A stretch of 64,000 nt of DNA, from positions 19,592,001-19,656,000 of the forward strand of contig CM060733.1 of assembly GCA_030704615.1 (NCBI GenBank). Direction: 5' to 3'. Shown piece by piece: positions 13,783 to 26,109 of the stretch (positions are counted from its first letter, which is position 1; each line of letters opens with the position of its first letter). The stretch is from Takakia lepidozioides (Eukaryota > Plantae > Bryophyta). The translations under genes and the position numbers were made by a program. The notes under the pieces were generated by a model that was not told where the DNA came from, ran no database searches, and saw only the letters and a list, made by a program, of their open reading frames with translations.

Positions 13783-16107
13783 CTAGTTTTCGCTGGCATC
13801 CTTGGACCTTTGGCCAAATCCCTTCGGACCAGGCCGCCCAGCTTTGACAACTTCAAGATCCTTCTTCTTCGCCTCTGCAGTTTTTGCTTGTGTGTCTCTC
13901 TCCCTCTTTTCCAAGAAGTCTTGCACCGAAAGATAGACTACCTGTTTTCCCAAAGGAAACAAGCCTCAGCTGCCTCTCCCTTTGGTAACACACAAAGCTA
14001 AATCAAATGTGGAATAAATCTACACATGAATAAAAAGGTCGTTCAGTTCCAGTTAGCATCATATTCAGAGGACTTGATTCCTTCCGCGCCATCTTTTCGC
14101 ATAACATGCAAGTACGATAGCCCTTACTGCTTCCAAGAAGAATAATCTTTAAAGACATTCCTACAACCAAACCATCAGTTCACAATTTCTAACAGCCCCT
14201 CAAAGAGCCCTCAAGAGGTGATCTGTTAGCCAGCAGGAAAGGTCAAGGAGCTCTGCCTCAAACATTGAATTCATGGAACTTGGATGTTACAGCTGTACCT
14301 TTGTCCAGATGAAAACTAAGAAAAGCAGACACCTGGATGTGTCTGCTTCCATCGGTGAAATGTGAGTCAAGAAAGAAAAAGAAAATGTACTTATAAGACC
14401 TCGTTTGCAGTAGCCTTGTGGCCATGGACCCAATTGAAAAAGAGAGAGTGCAAGAGAGGACAGAGTAGGAAGACAACAACCAATGAACTTGAACCCACCA
14501 TATGCAAGGTTCACGGCAACAGCCAAGGAAGAATGCTGTGTAGGAGAGGAAACATACCCCAACTGTCAGAATGGAGAGGCCCAAGAAAGCTGCAATGAAA
14601 AGAAAGGATACCGCACCATTGCCAACTGTTTCTACCACTTCTTCTGACCCAGCTTCAACAACTTCATCTGCAAGTGCAGCTCCAGATTGTAACAACCCCC
14701 ACAGTGCAGCACCTCCTAAAGCCCTCTCCAATATCTGAAAGGCATACAATAAGAGCATTCCCATTAAGTACATTCTTGTTTTCAAAAATGAAGTGTTAGG
14801 CATACCATACTCTTTGTCTGTGGCTGTAGCTGGTACACCCAAGTACCCAAGAGTAGTGGGACTTAGGGTGATAACAATTAGTTCGGGCTTTCCAAATTCC
14901 TCTAGAAAGCCCTTCACACAAGCATCAATCTGCACGAAGTTATTTTCCCAGCAGGGCCAGGGTTTAAGGCTCAGCCTCAAGATTCATTCAAAAGAACGCA
15001 ATCTTAAGACGTTGTTTGCCCAAGCCTTGTGGCCATAGACCAAAGAGAGAGAGAGAGAATGTACTCATGCCGTTCCCTGCGAGAGAATGAGAAAGGATAA
15101 CTCAATCTACATTGCTGCTCAAAGACACGGCCACCTCATGAAGGTAAATGGCCCCATCAAATGCTGTATTTTCTTATTCAACTCAGCTTACCACAAATCC
15201 AAGTGGATATCTTTTGTTCTCATAACTAAACGTCTTTGCGAGCAGCATCTGAAAAGCCGGTAGTATTTCCCTCCACTCTCAAAAGGCAGGAGACCATCTA
15301 AGCAGCGATGGGGCAGAGGTTGAATGAAATTGCAGACTTGGGACTTGGGTTGCCCATTATGCTATTACTAGAATCTGGCAAAATTTCACATAGTAATCAA
15401 TGACAAAATTGATAACATGTGCGTCTTTCAGCCTTCACTACCTCATCTTAGTGTGTATTGTAAGTTATAGGCTAGAAACCCAACATTGTAGTCCACAAGT
15501 GCCCCCTGTTACATGTATTATGAACTTCCACACAAAAGAACTGTGCCAAATCACTTCTCATCATCAGAGCAGATTGAAAGCCAGATTATAGCACAGCAAT
15601 CCTTGAGCATTCTTGGACCAGGCCCAAAAGATTCATACATGAAAATATTTTACCCACTCATTTCCTAAGGATTCCGCCCTAACCCAGAACGAAAAACATT
15701 TGCATCGCCATTCAAACTCTGTTCTACCAATCTTGCAGCATGATAGCCAAAACAATAATGCCAATCAGGAGGGTCGGGTATAAAACCTGTACTTGGACTT
15801 CCAAAGGCCTCGTCACTGTTTCAATTGAACCTCTGCACCTGACTCTCATATCCATAGTGCTAACAGTGAATTGGCTCTGCATAGCTGGGGAACCGTGTTC
15901 AGATCTGAGGCTCCCACAACGCAACGGCCTCGACCGAGCTGTCCTGCTATGACTGCGTGACGCGGTTGGCGAAAGAAGAGAGGGACAAGAAGACAGTTGA
16001 AAAGAGACCAATTTAATAGCAGGAGATGGAGGATGGAGGGCAGCTCCAGGAACTAGCATGGAAAGTGGTAGAGAATGGCCCAGCCCCACTCTCAAGGTGC
16101 CATCCAT
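13783..16107 (-). CDS. Small putative plastid-targeted single-pass membrane protein, uncharacterised (exons ~15787-16107, 14558-14734, 13783-13941)
   Basis: Ser/Arg-rich transit-like N-terminus, AALA motif, TM segment FLFIAAFLGLSILTVGVVYLSV, basic tail ending RPGPKGFGQRSKDASEN*; phase-0 GT-AG junctions. The first-exon donor is uncertain. Confidence 0.65.
14855..15070 (-). mobile_element. Deleted copy of the LINE 3'-end family (a short tail fragment also at ~14388-14432)
   Basis: QIDACVKGFLE-coding segment and TATGGCCACAAGGC / GAGTACATTC(TC)n tail on the minus strand. Confidence 0.7.
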
Positions 16108-16918
16108 TCTGAGAGCCAGCTTACAAAACCGGATTTTGATGTCACCCAGAGCCCCCCAGGGCTGTGGGATTCCCAGTGTCCGCCAGTGATCCAAACCAAG
16201 TAGCGTCCCTAGCCTGGATGGTTGCAGCCCCAAACAAATGAAAAGAGGAGAAACAAGACAAGAAAAGACAAATTGCTCGAGTTCTCCTTACAGACACTTC
16301 AACTAACCAAAAAGATAATCCAAACATGCACAGAAGCAAGACAGAGCTTAAAAATGATGGATTTGTTGACTTCCTCGAGGCTTTCAAATGAGAATTCTTT
16401 GGGGCATTCCTTCCAGTCTGAAGTCCACAACTAGTTGATGAAATGTTATCGGGAGAATCCCACGTCAGTAGAAGTCCAGCGGGATGAACAACCTGCTGGC
16501 GGATGAAAAGTCGCCCCTGAGGCTATGAGGCGATATGGAGCATTCAGCTCCTTCTTCACTTCAGGATACAAGTCCTACAGACTGCGTGTTGACGTTCAGA
16601 ATGGAAGAGGGTAGAGTCTGATCTTCCCTGGCAATCAGGAAGGAACATGTCGTCCCCCTGTCGAGACACTTAAATGAGGAATCTGCCCCGTGCACCCTGG
16701 CCTTTTATCAGAACCCAACTAATTAGATGCTCTTACTCGGGCCCTCAGCCCTTGCTTTCTTCCTATCTGGTGCGCTAGAGGAGTGAAATAATGGAAGCAG
16801 ATGTATATGGGGAATTGCTTGGAATCGGCCTCTGGGTAGGTGCCTCACAGGACAGGAATTTGTTGATTTGAAGTGATGCAGCTCAAGGGAGAGAACGAGA
16901 GAGTGGGTTGTGGACAAG

Positions 16919-19489
16919 ATGAACTGCATTACTATGTCTCTCCGCACGGAACACTCTCTGCCCAGGACCACAGGGTGCCCAGATAACTACAAATTGTCGC
17001 GCAGGGCGGTTAAGTTTCAAAACTGGAGTCAGACGCAGGCATTTGTTGAGCATGAGAGCCGAGGAAGGGGCACGGACCTGGCCACGTCCACCATTAGCAC
17101 CGGTTCGAATGGAAGGCTAAGAGAAAGATCAACGGGGGAGCCAAGCGACAAGGGCAACCGTGGAATCAGTGGGGATGTGAGCAAACTGTGCAAGGAGGGG
17201 CGATTGAATGAGGTATTGACCATTCTGGATTCTGTGGAACAGAGAGGCTTCGATGCGTATTCCGACTTATGTGCCCGTCTCTTGAAGGAGTGTGCTCAAG
17301 GCAAAGCCCTCGCATATGGCAAGGTTGTCCATGCCCACTTGGTTAGAAGTGCTTTCAAGCCAGTCATCTTCTTAGGGAACATCCTTGTTAGCATGTATGT
17401 GAAGTGCGGGAGTCTTGCGGATGCACGCCAAACGTTCGACCAAATGCCTGAAAGGAATGTTGTCTCTTGGACTACAATGATTGCAGGACTTGCTCAGGAA
17501 GGGCATTTTGCGGAGGCATTTGAACACTTTCGGCAAATGCAGCGAGAAGGCGTGAAGCCTGACAAAGTAACTTTCATCAGCGTCCTCAAGACATGTGTGA
17601 ACCCAGCAGCTCTGGAACAGGGCAAGTGGGTACATGCGGGCATTATCGAAGCTGGATTTGAGTCAGATGTCCGAGTAGGGACTGCCATTGTCAGTATGTA
17701 TTGCAAGTGTGGGAGCGTAGTGTATGCGCGCCAAGTGTTTGACAGAATGGGTAACAAAGATCCGGTCTCGTGGACTGCGATGATAGCAGGGTTAGCTCAG
17801 CATGGTCTTGCCGAAGAGGCTTTTGAAGTCTTTATGCAAATGCAAAGAGAAGGCATGAAGGTAGACAAGGTCACTTTCACTAGCATTCTCAACGCATGTG
17901 CCAGCCCAGCAGCTCTGGAACAGGGCAAGCAGCTCCATGCGGGGATCATCAAAGCTGGATATGAGTCCGACGTGTGGTTGGGGACTGCCCTTGTCAGTAT
18001 GTACTGCAAGTGCGGGAGTGTCGTGGATGCCTACCGAGTGTTCATCAAAATGCCTGAACGAAATGTGGTCACTTTCATCAGCATCCTCAATGCATGCTCC
18101 AGCCCAGGAGCTCTGGAACAGGGCAGGCGCTTGCATGCGGGCATCATAGTAGCTGGCTATGAGTCAGATGTCCGAGTGGGAACTGCCCTTATCAGCATGT
18201 ATTGCAAGTGTGGGAGTGTGGAGGATGGCCGGAAAGTTTTTGACAAAATGCCTGAACGAAATGTGATCTCATGGAATGCGGTGATTGCAGGGTCTGCTCA
18301 GAATGGTCATGCTGAGGAGGCTTTTGAACTCTTTCAGCAGATGCAGCGAGAAGGGATAGAACCAACCAAGGTCACTTTCATTGTGATCCTCACCGCATGT
18401 TCCAGCCGAGCAGCCCTCGAAGTGGGCAAGTGTGTCCATGCACACATTATCAAATCTGGATTTGAGTCAGATATTCGGGTGGGTAATGCCGTCATTGACA
18501 TGTATGCCAAGTGCGGGATTGTGGAGAATGCAAGGTTAATGTTTGACAACATTCTTGTACGAGACGTGGTTTCATGGAATACGATGATAATAGGATATGC
18601 CCAACATGGGCATGGTAAGGAGGCCCTCCAACTCTTTCAACAGATGCAACAGGAAGGGGTGAAGCCAGACAATATCACATTTCTTGGTGTTCTCTCTGCA
18701 TGTAGCCATGTGGGGCTAGTGGATGAAGCCCATCATTATTTTCTTTCTATGAGTCGTGATCATGGCATCACACCAACAGGGAAGCACTACGGTTGCATGG
18801 TCAACCTTCTTGGCCGGGCAGGGCAGCTAGTTGAGGCAGAGGATTTTATCAACAAAATGTCATTTGAAGCTGATGCTTCAGTCTGGGGGGCCTTGCTTGG
18901 TGCCTGCAGAGTACATGGCAATGTGGAAGTAGCAGAACGTGCCGCAGCATGGGTGCTCAAGTTGGAGCCACAAGATGCTGCAGGGTATGTGCTGCTTTCA
19001 AACGTCTATTCTGTGGCTGCCAGGTGGGATGATGTAGCAAAGGTGAGAAAAGTGATGGAGGCCAGAGGCCTGAAAAAGGATTTGGGGTGCACCTGGATTG
19101 AAATCAACAACACGGTACATACTTTTATTGCAGAAGACAGATCACACCCACAAACTGAGGAGATCTATGCTGAGTTGGAGCGATTGACTAGGCAGATGAA
19201 GGAGGCAGGATATGTACCGGACACGCACTTCGTCTTGCATGATGTAGATCACCAGCAAAAGGAACAGGCTCTCTGCCACCACAGTGAAAAGCTGGCCATT
19301 GCTTTTGGGATAATCAGCACGCCTCCTGGGACACCTATCCGCATGATGAAGAACCTGCGGGTATGTGGTGATTGTCACACTGCCACTAAGTTCATCTCCA
19401 AAATTGTTGGGAGAGAAATTATTGCGAGGGATGCCAACCGCTTCCATCGATTCACATATGGTGTATGTTCTTGTGGGGAATACTGGTGA
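16919..19489 (+). CDS. PLS-class PPR protein with E1-E2-DYW deaminase domain (organellar C-to-U editing factor), intronless
   Basis: Repeated P-L-S motifs; E domains; KKDLGCTWIE box; HSEKLA and NLRVCGDCH zinc/catalytic motifs; ends CSCGEYW*. First ATG at 16919. Confidence 0.95.
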   Translation: MNCITMSLRTEHSLPRTTGCPDNYKLSRRAVKFQNWSQTQAFVEHESRGRGTDLATSTISTGSNGRLRERSTGEPSDKGNRGISGDVSKLCKEGRLNEVLTILDSVEQRGFDAYSDLCARLLKECAQGKALAYGKVVHAHLVRSAFKPVIFLGNILVSMYVKCGSLADARQTFDQMPERNVVSWTTMIAGLAQEGHFAEAFEHFRQMQREGVKPDKVTFISVLKTCVNPAALEQGKWVHAGIIEAGFESDVRVGTAIVSMYCKCGSVVYARQVFDRMGNKDPVSWTAMIAGLAQHGLAEEAFEVFMQMQREGMKVDKVTFTSILNACASPAALEQGKQLHAGIIKAGYESDVWLGTALVSMYCKCGSVVDAYRVFIKMPERNVVTFISILNACSSPGALEQGRRLHAGIIVAGYESDVRVGTALISMYCKCGSVEDGRKVFDKMPERNVISWNAVIAGSAQNGHAEEAFELFQQMQREGIEPTKVTFIVILTACSSRAALEVGKCVHAHIIKSGFESDIRVGNAVIDMYAKCGIVENARLMFDNILVRDVVSWNTMIIGYAQHGHGKEALQLFQQMQQEGVKPDNITFLGVLSACSHVGLVDEAHHYFLSMSRDHGITPTGKHYGCMVNLLGRAGQLVEAEDFINKMSFEADASVWGALLGACRVHGNVEVAERAAAWVLKLEPQDAAGYVLLSNVYSVAARWDDVAKVRKVMEARGLKKDLGCTWIEINNTVHTFIAEDRSHPQTEEIYAELERLTRQMKEAGYVPDTHFVLHDVDHQQKEQALCHHSEKLAIAFGIISTPPGTPIRMMKNLRVCGDCHTATKFISKIVGREIIARDANRFHRFTYGVCSCGEYW

Positions 19490-21284
19490 TCGTAAGTGAA
19501 ACTGGAAATAAAGCTAACTGCCCTCTACAGGAGTCTTATTTCAGTGGCTTTCAAGTGTCGTGGAACCCGATTGGAAAGGTCTGTTCAAGTGGAGTGTGGC
19601 CCAGAGCAATGGTACGGGACCCTCCCTGCCGCATTAGGTGTTGATGTCGTCTCCTCTTGTTTTCAAGCATTGGATGATTTGTGTTTCTATATCTGGATCC
19701 AGATGAGAGATTTACAGGTGTATACTATAATCTAGCACTGGCCTACTTGTCAAAATAGTTTGAGCATAGCATCTCCCATTGGGCAAGCAATTCACCACGC
19801 AAGAGAACAGATGGTTTCATATCATAAGGATTCAAGAAATGCTTGATTGCGTATTCCTCAGTTTCGCTAGGACAGCAACCATGTATTCTACTTCTAGACA
19901 CCTGATCTTTAGGAAAATATATCGTCTAGGGATGCCCTGCCCTTCATGGATATGCTCATTATTTGTCTTGACATTGGCACACTGGGTGACACGTACAATT
20001 GAAGGTATATCCAAGCAGTGCAAATTTGAGATGATAGGTTAGGGATCTATATGGTGTTACTTGATCTCATTGAGATTATGACATCCACAAATAGGGATCA
20101 CCCAGCTTTTCCAGTCAAACTGTTGTATAGGTGGTCTAAGTCATGCTAGAATACAAATTGCGGATGCCTGCACTGCTGCTTTAGCTCCTAAGACAGATGT
20201 GACACATGGCTTTCCAGGGACCACCCACAGTTGACTTTCAGAGCAGAGACACAGTGAGTCATTACATTTCCTACACTAACAGGGTGCTGGGTGCATTTTT
20301 GGTGCAGGGGTGATCTTTGCATGCAAACATGAGACTCTGACAGTGAAGGAGATAGCAATGTCAGAGCACGATGAACTGTGACAGACCTTCTACCCAATAT
20401 ATGGGCAATGCGCGAACCCCTCATTTGAACCTCTCTCTTGGCAATACTATGAGCCACTGATGGAATTGTGCTCGGTTGCAGTAACTACCACTTTTTGGAG
20501 TCCCTCCCTCCAAACCACCTCTAATTTGTCCCCTGAGAGCTATAAAGTTTAGTCATTTTTGGTTCCATGCAGAAACCAACATGCCCACTTTATGATCGCA
20601 CTATGGCTGTGGCCTGTGTTGCTGAAGTGGCAAAAGAGATAAGCACAACAATCACCATTACGTTGAGGTGAGTCTTGCTTGACAAAAAATTCAACCCCTA
20701 GTCAGTCAGCCTTCACCTCTGACTGTAGAGGGATCATGTATGTTGAAGTTATTTCAATGAACAATCTTGAACTTCGAGTAACATGTAAATGCGCAGTCAG
20801 TGATGCCAACTCCCAAGACATTCTTTCATGCATGCTCTGCTTTCATCTCTCTTTCGGACATGCTTTTCTCTTTGTATGTAGCTTGTTTACCAGCAATCCC
20901 AACAAGTACAAACCTTGTGCTTGAACTGGAGAAAGCAGTGGCCTTCCATACTGCAATTGAGCCAAGCAATTAAAATGAACTTGGGACCAATGTGGCTTGA
21001 CACCCGAAGGTAATTGAGTTTGGATGGGTATTCAGTGCCAGCCTATAGTGCCATATTCTATGCTCGTAGTCAGGCAAATGTATGGAGTTTGGCCTCCTCC
21101 CTACAATATGTAGCATGAGATACTGTCGAGCTTTTCACAGTGGTGGCAGTGCGGAAATTCCTGTTGTTCCTCCCAGAATGCTGCAGATCTCAGCCACATA
21201 ATAGGGCCCCAGTATCAGCCTAGCCATCTCTTCAGGAGAAACATGGATTTTGTCAGTTAGTGGCAAATTGTCTCTACCATGAAT

Positions 21285-23906
21285 CTAGGCATTCAACTTG
21301 ATGCAGCTGTGACCTTCATTTCCTTTGTTGCCCAACCTTGCCAGTGGTACTTCAGCAGAAGGGTGCTGTGAATCACACTTCAGAAGGGATTTTGCTGCAC
21401 GTTCTGCTACCTCCACATTGCCTTGAGTTCTGCAGGCACCAAGCAAGGCCAACCACACTTCTGCATCTGCTTCAATCAGTGTTTTGTTGATGAAGTCCTC
21501 CGCCTCTTCTAACAGTCCTGCACGACCAAGAAGGTCAACCATGCAGCCCAAATGTTCTACTGTAGGATTGAGACCATGCTCTTGACCAATGGAATCAAAG
21601 TAGTGATGGCCTTCATCCACTAGGCCCACATGGCTACATGCTGAGAGAACACTCATAAAGGTAATACCATCTGGCTTGAAGCCTTCCTGTTGCATTTCTT
21701 CAAATAGCTGCAGGGCCTTCCTACCACACCCATTCTCAGCATATCCTGCAATCATTGCACTCCAGGAGACCACATTTCTTTGAGCCATATTGTCAAACAC
21801 TTGCTGTGCATCCCTCAGGCTACCAGATTTGGCATACATGTCAACAAGGGTAGTCTCTAAAAGTATATCTGGCACAATTCCAGCTTTCACAATGTCTGCA
21901 TGGACCTCTTTTCCTTTTCCCAAGGCTCCTAGGCTGGCACATGCCTTGAGCACACAAATTCCCGTCACATTGTTGGGAATCACCCCTTCTTGTACCATTT
22001 GCTCATAGATCTCCAAAGCCTCCCTACCACACCCATGCTGGGCATATCCTGCAATAACCGCACTCCATGAGACCACATTTGGATTCAAGCCTTCCTGTCG
22101 CATTAGCTGCACTAATTGGAAGGCCTCCCTGCCACAGCCATCCTGAGCATATCCGGCTATCATCGCATTCCATGAGACCACGTCTTGTTCAGCCATATTG
22201 TCAAACACTTCACCTGCATCCCCCAGGCTTCCACATTTTGCGTACATGTCAACAAGAGCATTTTCTAGAGTCATATCTGATGGAATTCCAGCTTTGATGA
22301 TGTCACAGTGGACCTCTTTGCCCTTCTCAAGGGCTCCCAGGCTGGCACATGCATTGAGAACGTAAATGAACGTCACCTTGTCTGGGGGCACCCCTTCCCT
22401 AACCATCTGCCTGTACATCTCAAAAGCCTGCATACCACACCCACGCTGAGCATATCCTGTGATCATCACATTCCAGGACACCACATTTCGTTGAGCCATA
22501 TTGTCAAATACTTGACGTGCATCCCTTAGGCTCCCTGATTTTGCATACATGTCTGCAAGAGCATTCTCGAGAATAACATTAGGCGGAATTCCAGCTTCAA
22601 GAATGCCAGCATGGACCTCTCTGCCCTTTTCAAGAGCTGCAAGGCTGGCACACACATTCAGAATGCAAACATAAGTGACCTGGTCGGGGGTCACCCCTTC
22701 CAGTGTCATTTGTTCATACATCTCCAAAGCCTCTTTACCACATGCATGCTGAGAATATCCTGTGATCATGGCATTCCATGAGACAACATTTCGTTCAGCC
22801 ATATTGTCAAACACTTGATGTGCATCCCTAAAACTCCCACATTGGGCATACATAGCAGCAAGGGCTGTGTCTAGAATGATGTCTGGTGCAATCCCAGCTT
22901 TGATGATGTCCACATGGACCTCTCTGCCCTTTTCCAGGGCCCCCAGGCTAGCACATGCCTTGAGAACGCATGTGAACGTGACCTTGTCAAGGGCCACCCC
23001 TTTCTGTACCATCTTCTCATAGATCTCCAAAGCCTCCCTACCACAGAAATGCTTGGCATACCCTGCTATCATTATATTCCACGCAGAAGTGTCTCGATCA
23101 GGCATTTCGTCAAACACTTCACGTGCATCCTCCAGGCTCCCGCACTTGACATACATGTTGACAAGGTTGTTGAATAAGATGATGTTTGGCCTGAATCCAG
23201 TCCGGACGATGTGGGTGTGCACCTGCTTTCCCTCGGTTAGCCCTTGCTTTTTTATGCACTCTTGCAAGAGGCAGACATAAGTATACGAGTCTGCTGATAT
23301 GCCTCGTTTGTTCAAAATGCGCAAGGCCTCTTTCAGACGCCCTGCCATGCACAGTGCCCTCACTTCCCCACATTGTGATTGACCTTGTATGATGGCAGCT
23401 AGTTGTGCTTCCACCCAAGAAGGGCTCGACCAACCCTTAATCCAAAGACCCTCCTTTGTTCGCTTATTTCTGAAGTCTGGTGATCTTGAACTTCTCTGTG
23501 AAAACCACCAGGCAGCTGAGCAGCGGTAGCTTCAACCATCGCCTAGCATAGACCAGGCTACAACCAAATAACAAGGAACAAACCATGAGCAACCTACTTC
23601 CATGTTTCATCCCATACAAACACGGAAGAACAATCTAAAACCAGCCTGTTGCTGCTCTTATCAGACAGGAGAGCGAAATTGGAAACAATGACATACAATC
23701 CAGTCCACAAAACATCAACATGAGACTGACAGAGTCTTTTATGGTCTAAATGAAGATGTCTTCACCTTATTAAACCTGTTGTCCCACCACTGTGAAGGAT
23801 CGGAGAAGAAATCCTGCCATAGCTCATCTCCCGTAGGAGAACTAACACCCAGACATAGATTATTAGCAGCACTACCGCTATGAATCTTGTTGAGACGCGA
23901 TACCAT
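21285..23906 (-). CDS. PLS-class PPR protein (E1, truncated, no DYW) with an N-terminal OSB-type PDF motif; exons 23766-23906 and 21285-23495, ~783 aa
   Basis: The PPR ORF stays open upstream to a CAG acceptor at 23496-23498. A phase-0 donor AAG|GTGAAG at 23766 joins ELWQDFFSDPSQWWDNRFNK to RSSRSPDFRNKRTKEGLWIKGWSSPSWVEAQL, followed by multiple PLS triplets. Confidence 0.88.
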
Positions 23907-26109
23907 TAAACTCTCTCTTTATCTCTCTCCCTGCCACTAGGAAGCCTATTGCCCTTGGGTGGACTTGACATGGGAGTAGATAAATGTCTCTGTGACTAAA
24001 TGCCACCCTTGTGACCTCGTGCCTATGTTTGTTTTGACCCGAAGCACTCTGCTTCGGGTATGGTAGTACATCGGATTTGGTTGGAGGAAACGGAGCCTCT
24101 CCCTCTTCAGAATACTTATGTCCACGCAGGCCATTCCCTGCAGCTCCTTTGGACTGATGATCTCTGAATGATAACATCCCTACCAGCGCCTCTGCTGAAA
24201 CTGGGCAGTTGCATGCTCGGCACCTGGGCTAGGGTTTGCCCTTGTGATCAAACTTCAAACCTTTAGCCCGCTAAAAATGTGAAAATTCTCTGGATACTAC
24301 TGTTTGTCCGTTTGCAGTTTGTACTCCCCAGGGTGATTCCTGGGAACTGGACATTATGCCAGACTTAGAGCTAGACTTAGAGCTTCGTGTGTGGTTTATG
24401 GGGTGAATCCCAGGATGGACGATGTGTCCTTGAAAAGTATTTGCTCAAATTCAGGCTTGGATCATGTGGCTGAGAGCGCCATCTCCAAACTTGCCAGAGG
24501 TGAGGTGCATTGAAGGCGACAATGTCTAAGAATGCTACAAGTAGAGATTGACTGCAAAATAATCTCAGAGAAGTTCAACTTTGACTCGTTGGAGAACGAT
24601 CTAGACATTGGTGATTCTATGAGTCACTCGGGGAAGATAGTCGAGGATGGCGACTTGAAAGTGAAAGTTTCCAATCCGTTTGAAGTTCTGGAAGAGATTG
24701 CCACAAAGAGAATGGCTATGCGTGCAGGAATTGATCAATGCGTGAATGCTGCAGGATATGATTGAGCGCGCCAATCCTCAAAGTCTCCTGACACAAAGCC
24801 TACACTCGGACGATCCCCGCAAAGCTCATCAGTCCATGGTAAATTAACATTTTGGATTTGTTCGAAGCATGTTTTTAATGATTCTAACACAGACCTCCTC
24901 TGGCTGCTAGTGTTGTTGGAGAAGTGCCTAGTGCTGTCTTATCCTGACAATCATGCTAACTGATTACGAACAAGGGGACTTTCCAATTCACTTTCTGTTC
25001 GGAAGTACGTATTGTTTGATTTGAAGTTTGACTTTAGATCCTGCTTGTTCATCTGAGAAGAAATTTTACATTGAGCTTTCAGCTCATTTTGTGTAGCATT
25101 TTGTGTAGCATTTCCTCCTGTGGCTTCCTCCACAATCTCCTCCACCAGCAGACAGGAGCCGGGATGGGTGACACACCTGAGGGAACCCATCTAGTTGGAG
25201 GAGAATGACGTACGAGGGGATTTGTGACGACTGAGCAAGGTGCTGGTGGTCTTTTTGGTGTCTCGCAGAACTCGACTTGCCTCTGCCAAGAAGTCATCTT
25301 GTTCTTGCAGACACAATGATGCCTGAAAGTGCCCAAAACAATAGTTTAAGGTGAGTCTCCGAGACCTCAAGTTGTCTTCTACCTCAAGTTTAGTTTTCAA
25401 ACATACAAAAGGGTACACCATGACACAAGCTAAGGTCCTGTTTAACACTATCCACGTGTTGTGAATGTGGCCACAGTTCTAGCACGATTGCGCTCAGATT
25501 ATCGACTGGTTGATGAGGATAGGGGTTGTATCCGTTACAGATCTAGTGTTGAAAAGGCTGCCAGAATATCTGTGAGAGTAGCAAGCTGCAGAGCCGTGAA
25601 GACGACCTAACATCCTGGGTTTGCTACCCAGGAAACCAGTAGGTATCTTACCGCCTGAATTTAACATTCTAAAATTCTAGGGAGGTTAGTGAGCCGGAGG
25701 TTGTAGTTGGTCTCCTAGTAATCAGGGGCTCCTTTTTAGCCTACATTCTGTAGAGGTACACAGTGTTGGGTATTCGGAATGCAAGCATCCGGTCTCATGG
25801 AGCAGGATGGAGCAGGATGGAGCAGGATTTGTGCTTTCATCGATTCGGGGAGAAAGCTTCCTATACATTGCTTAAAGTCCTTTCTTTGTGAGAGGAGTAC
25901 CAAAATGTTTTCCACTTGATAGTGCCTTGAACCATCCAACATGTGTGCTCTGTTTGAAATGAATGGAGGTAATAGCCCACTCATTTGTTGGCCTCCCGTA
26001 CCCTCTTGCATGGAAGCGATGGTGTCATATCTGCACCACCAGAACCATGCTAATTGTTAGTAGCCTTCTCTCTTCCTCCTCTAACCAACTGAGGAATAAA
26101 ACTTTCCTG

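Noticed and set aside
23946-24134. Upstream in-frame ORF as the transit peptide of the PDF-PPR
   Set aside because: Three stops separate it from ATG 23906 and no credible intron removes them.
24532-25560. LINE ORF1-like remnant (SNPFEVL)
   Set aside because: A single short motif; no other supporting domains.
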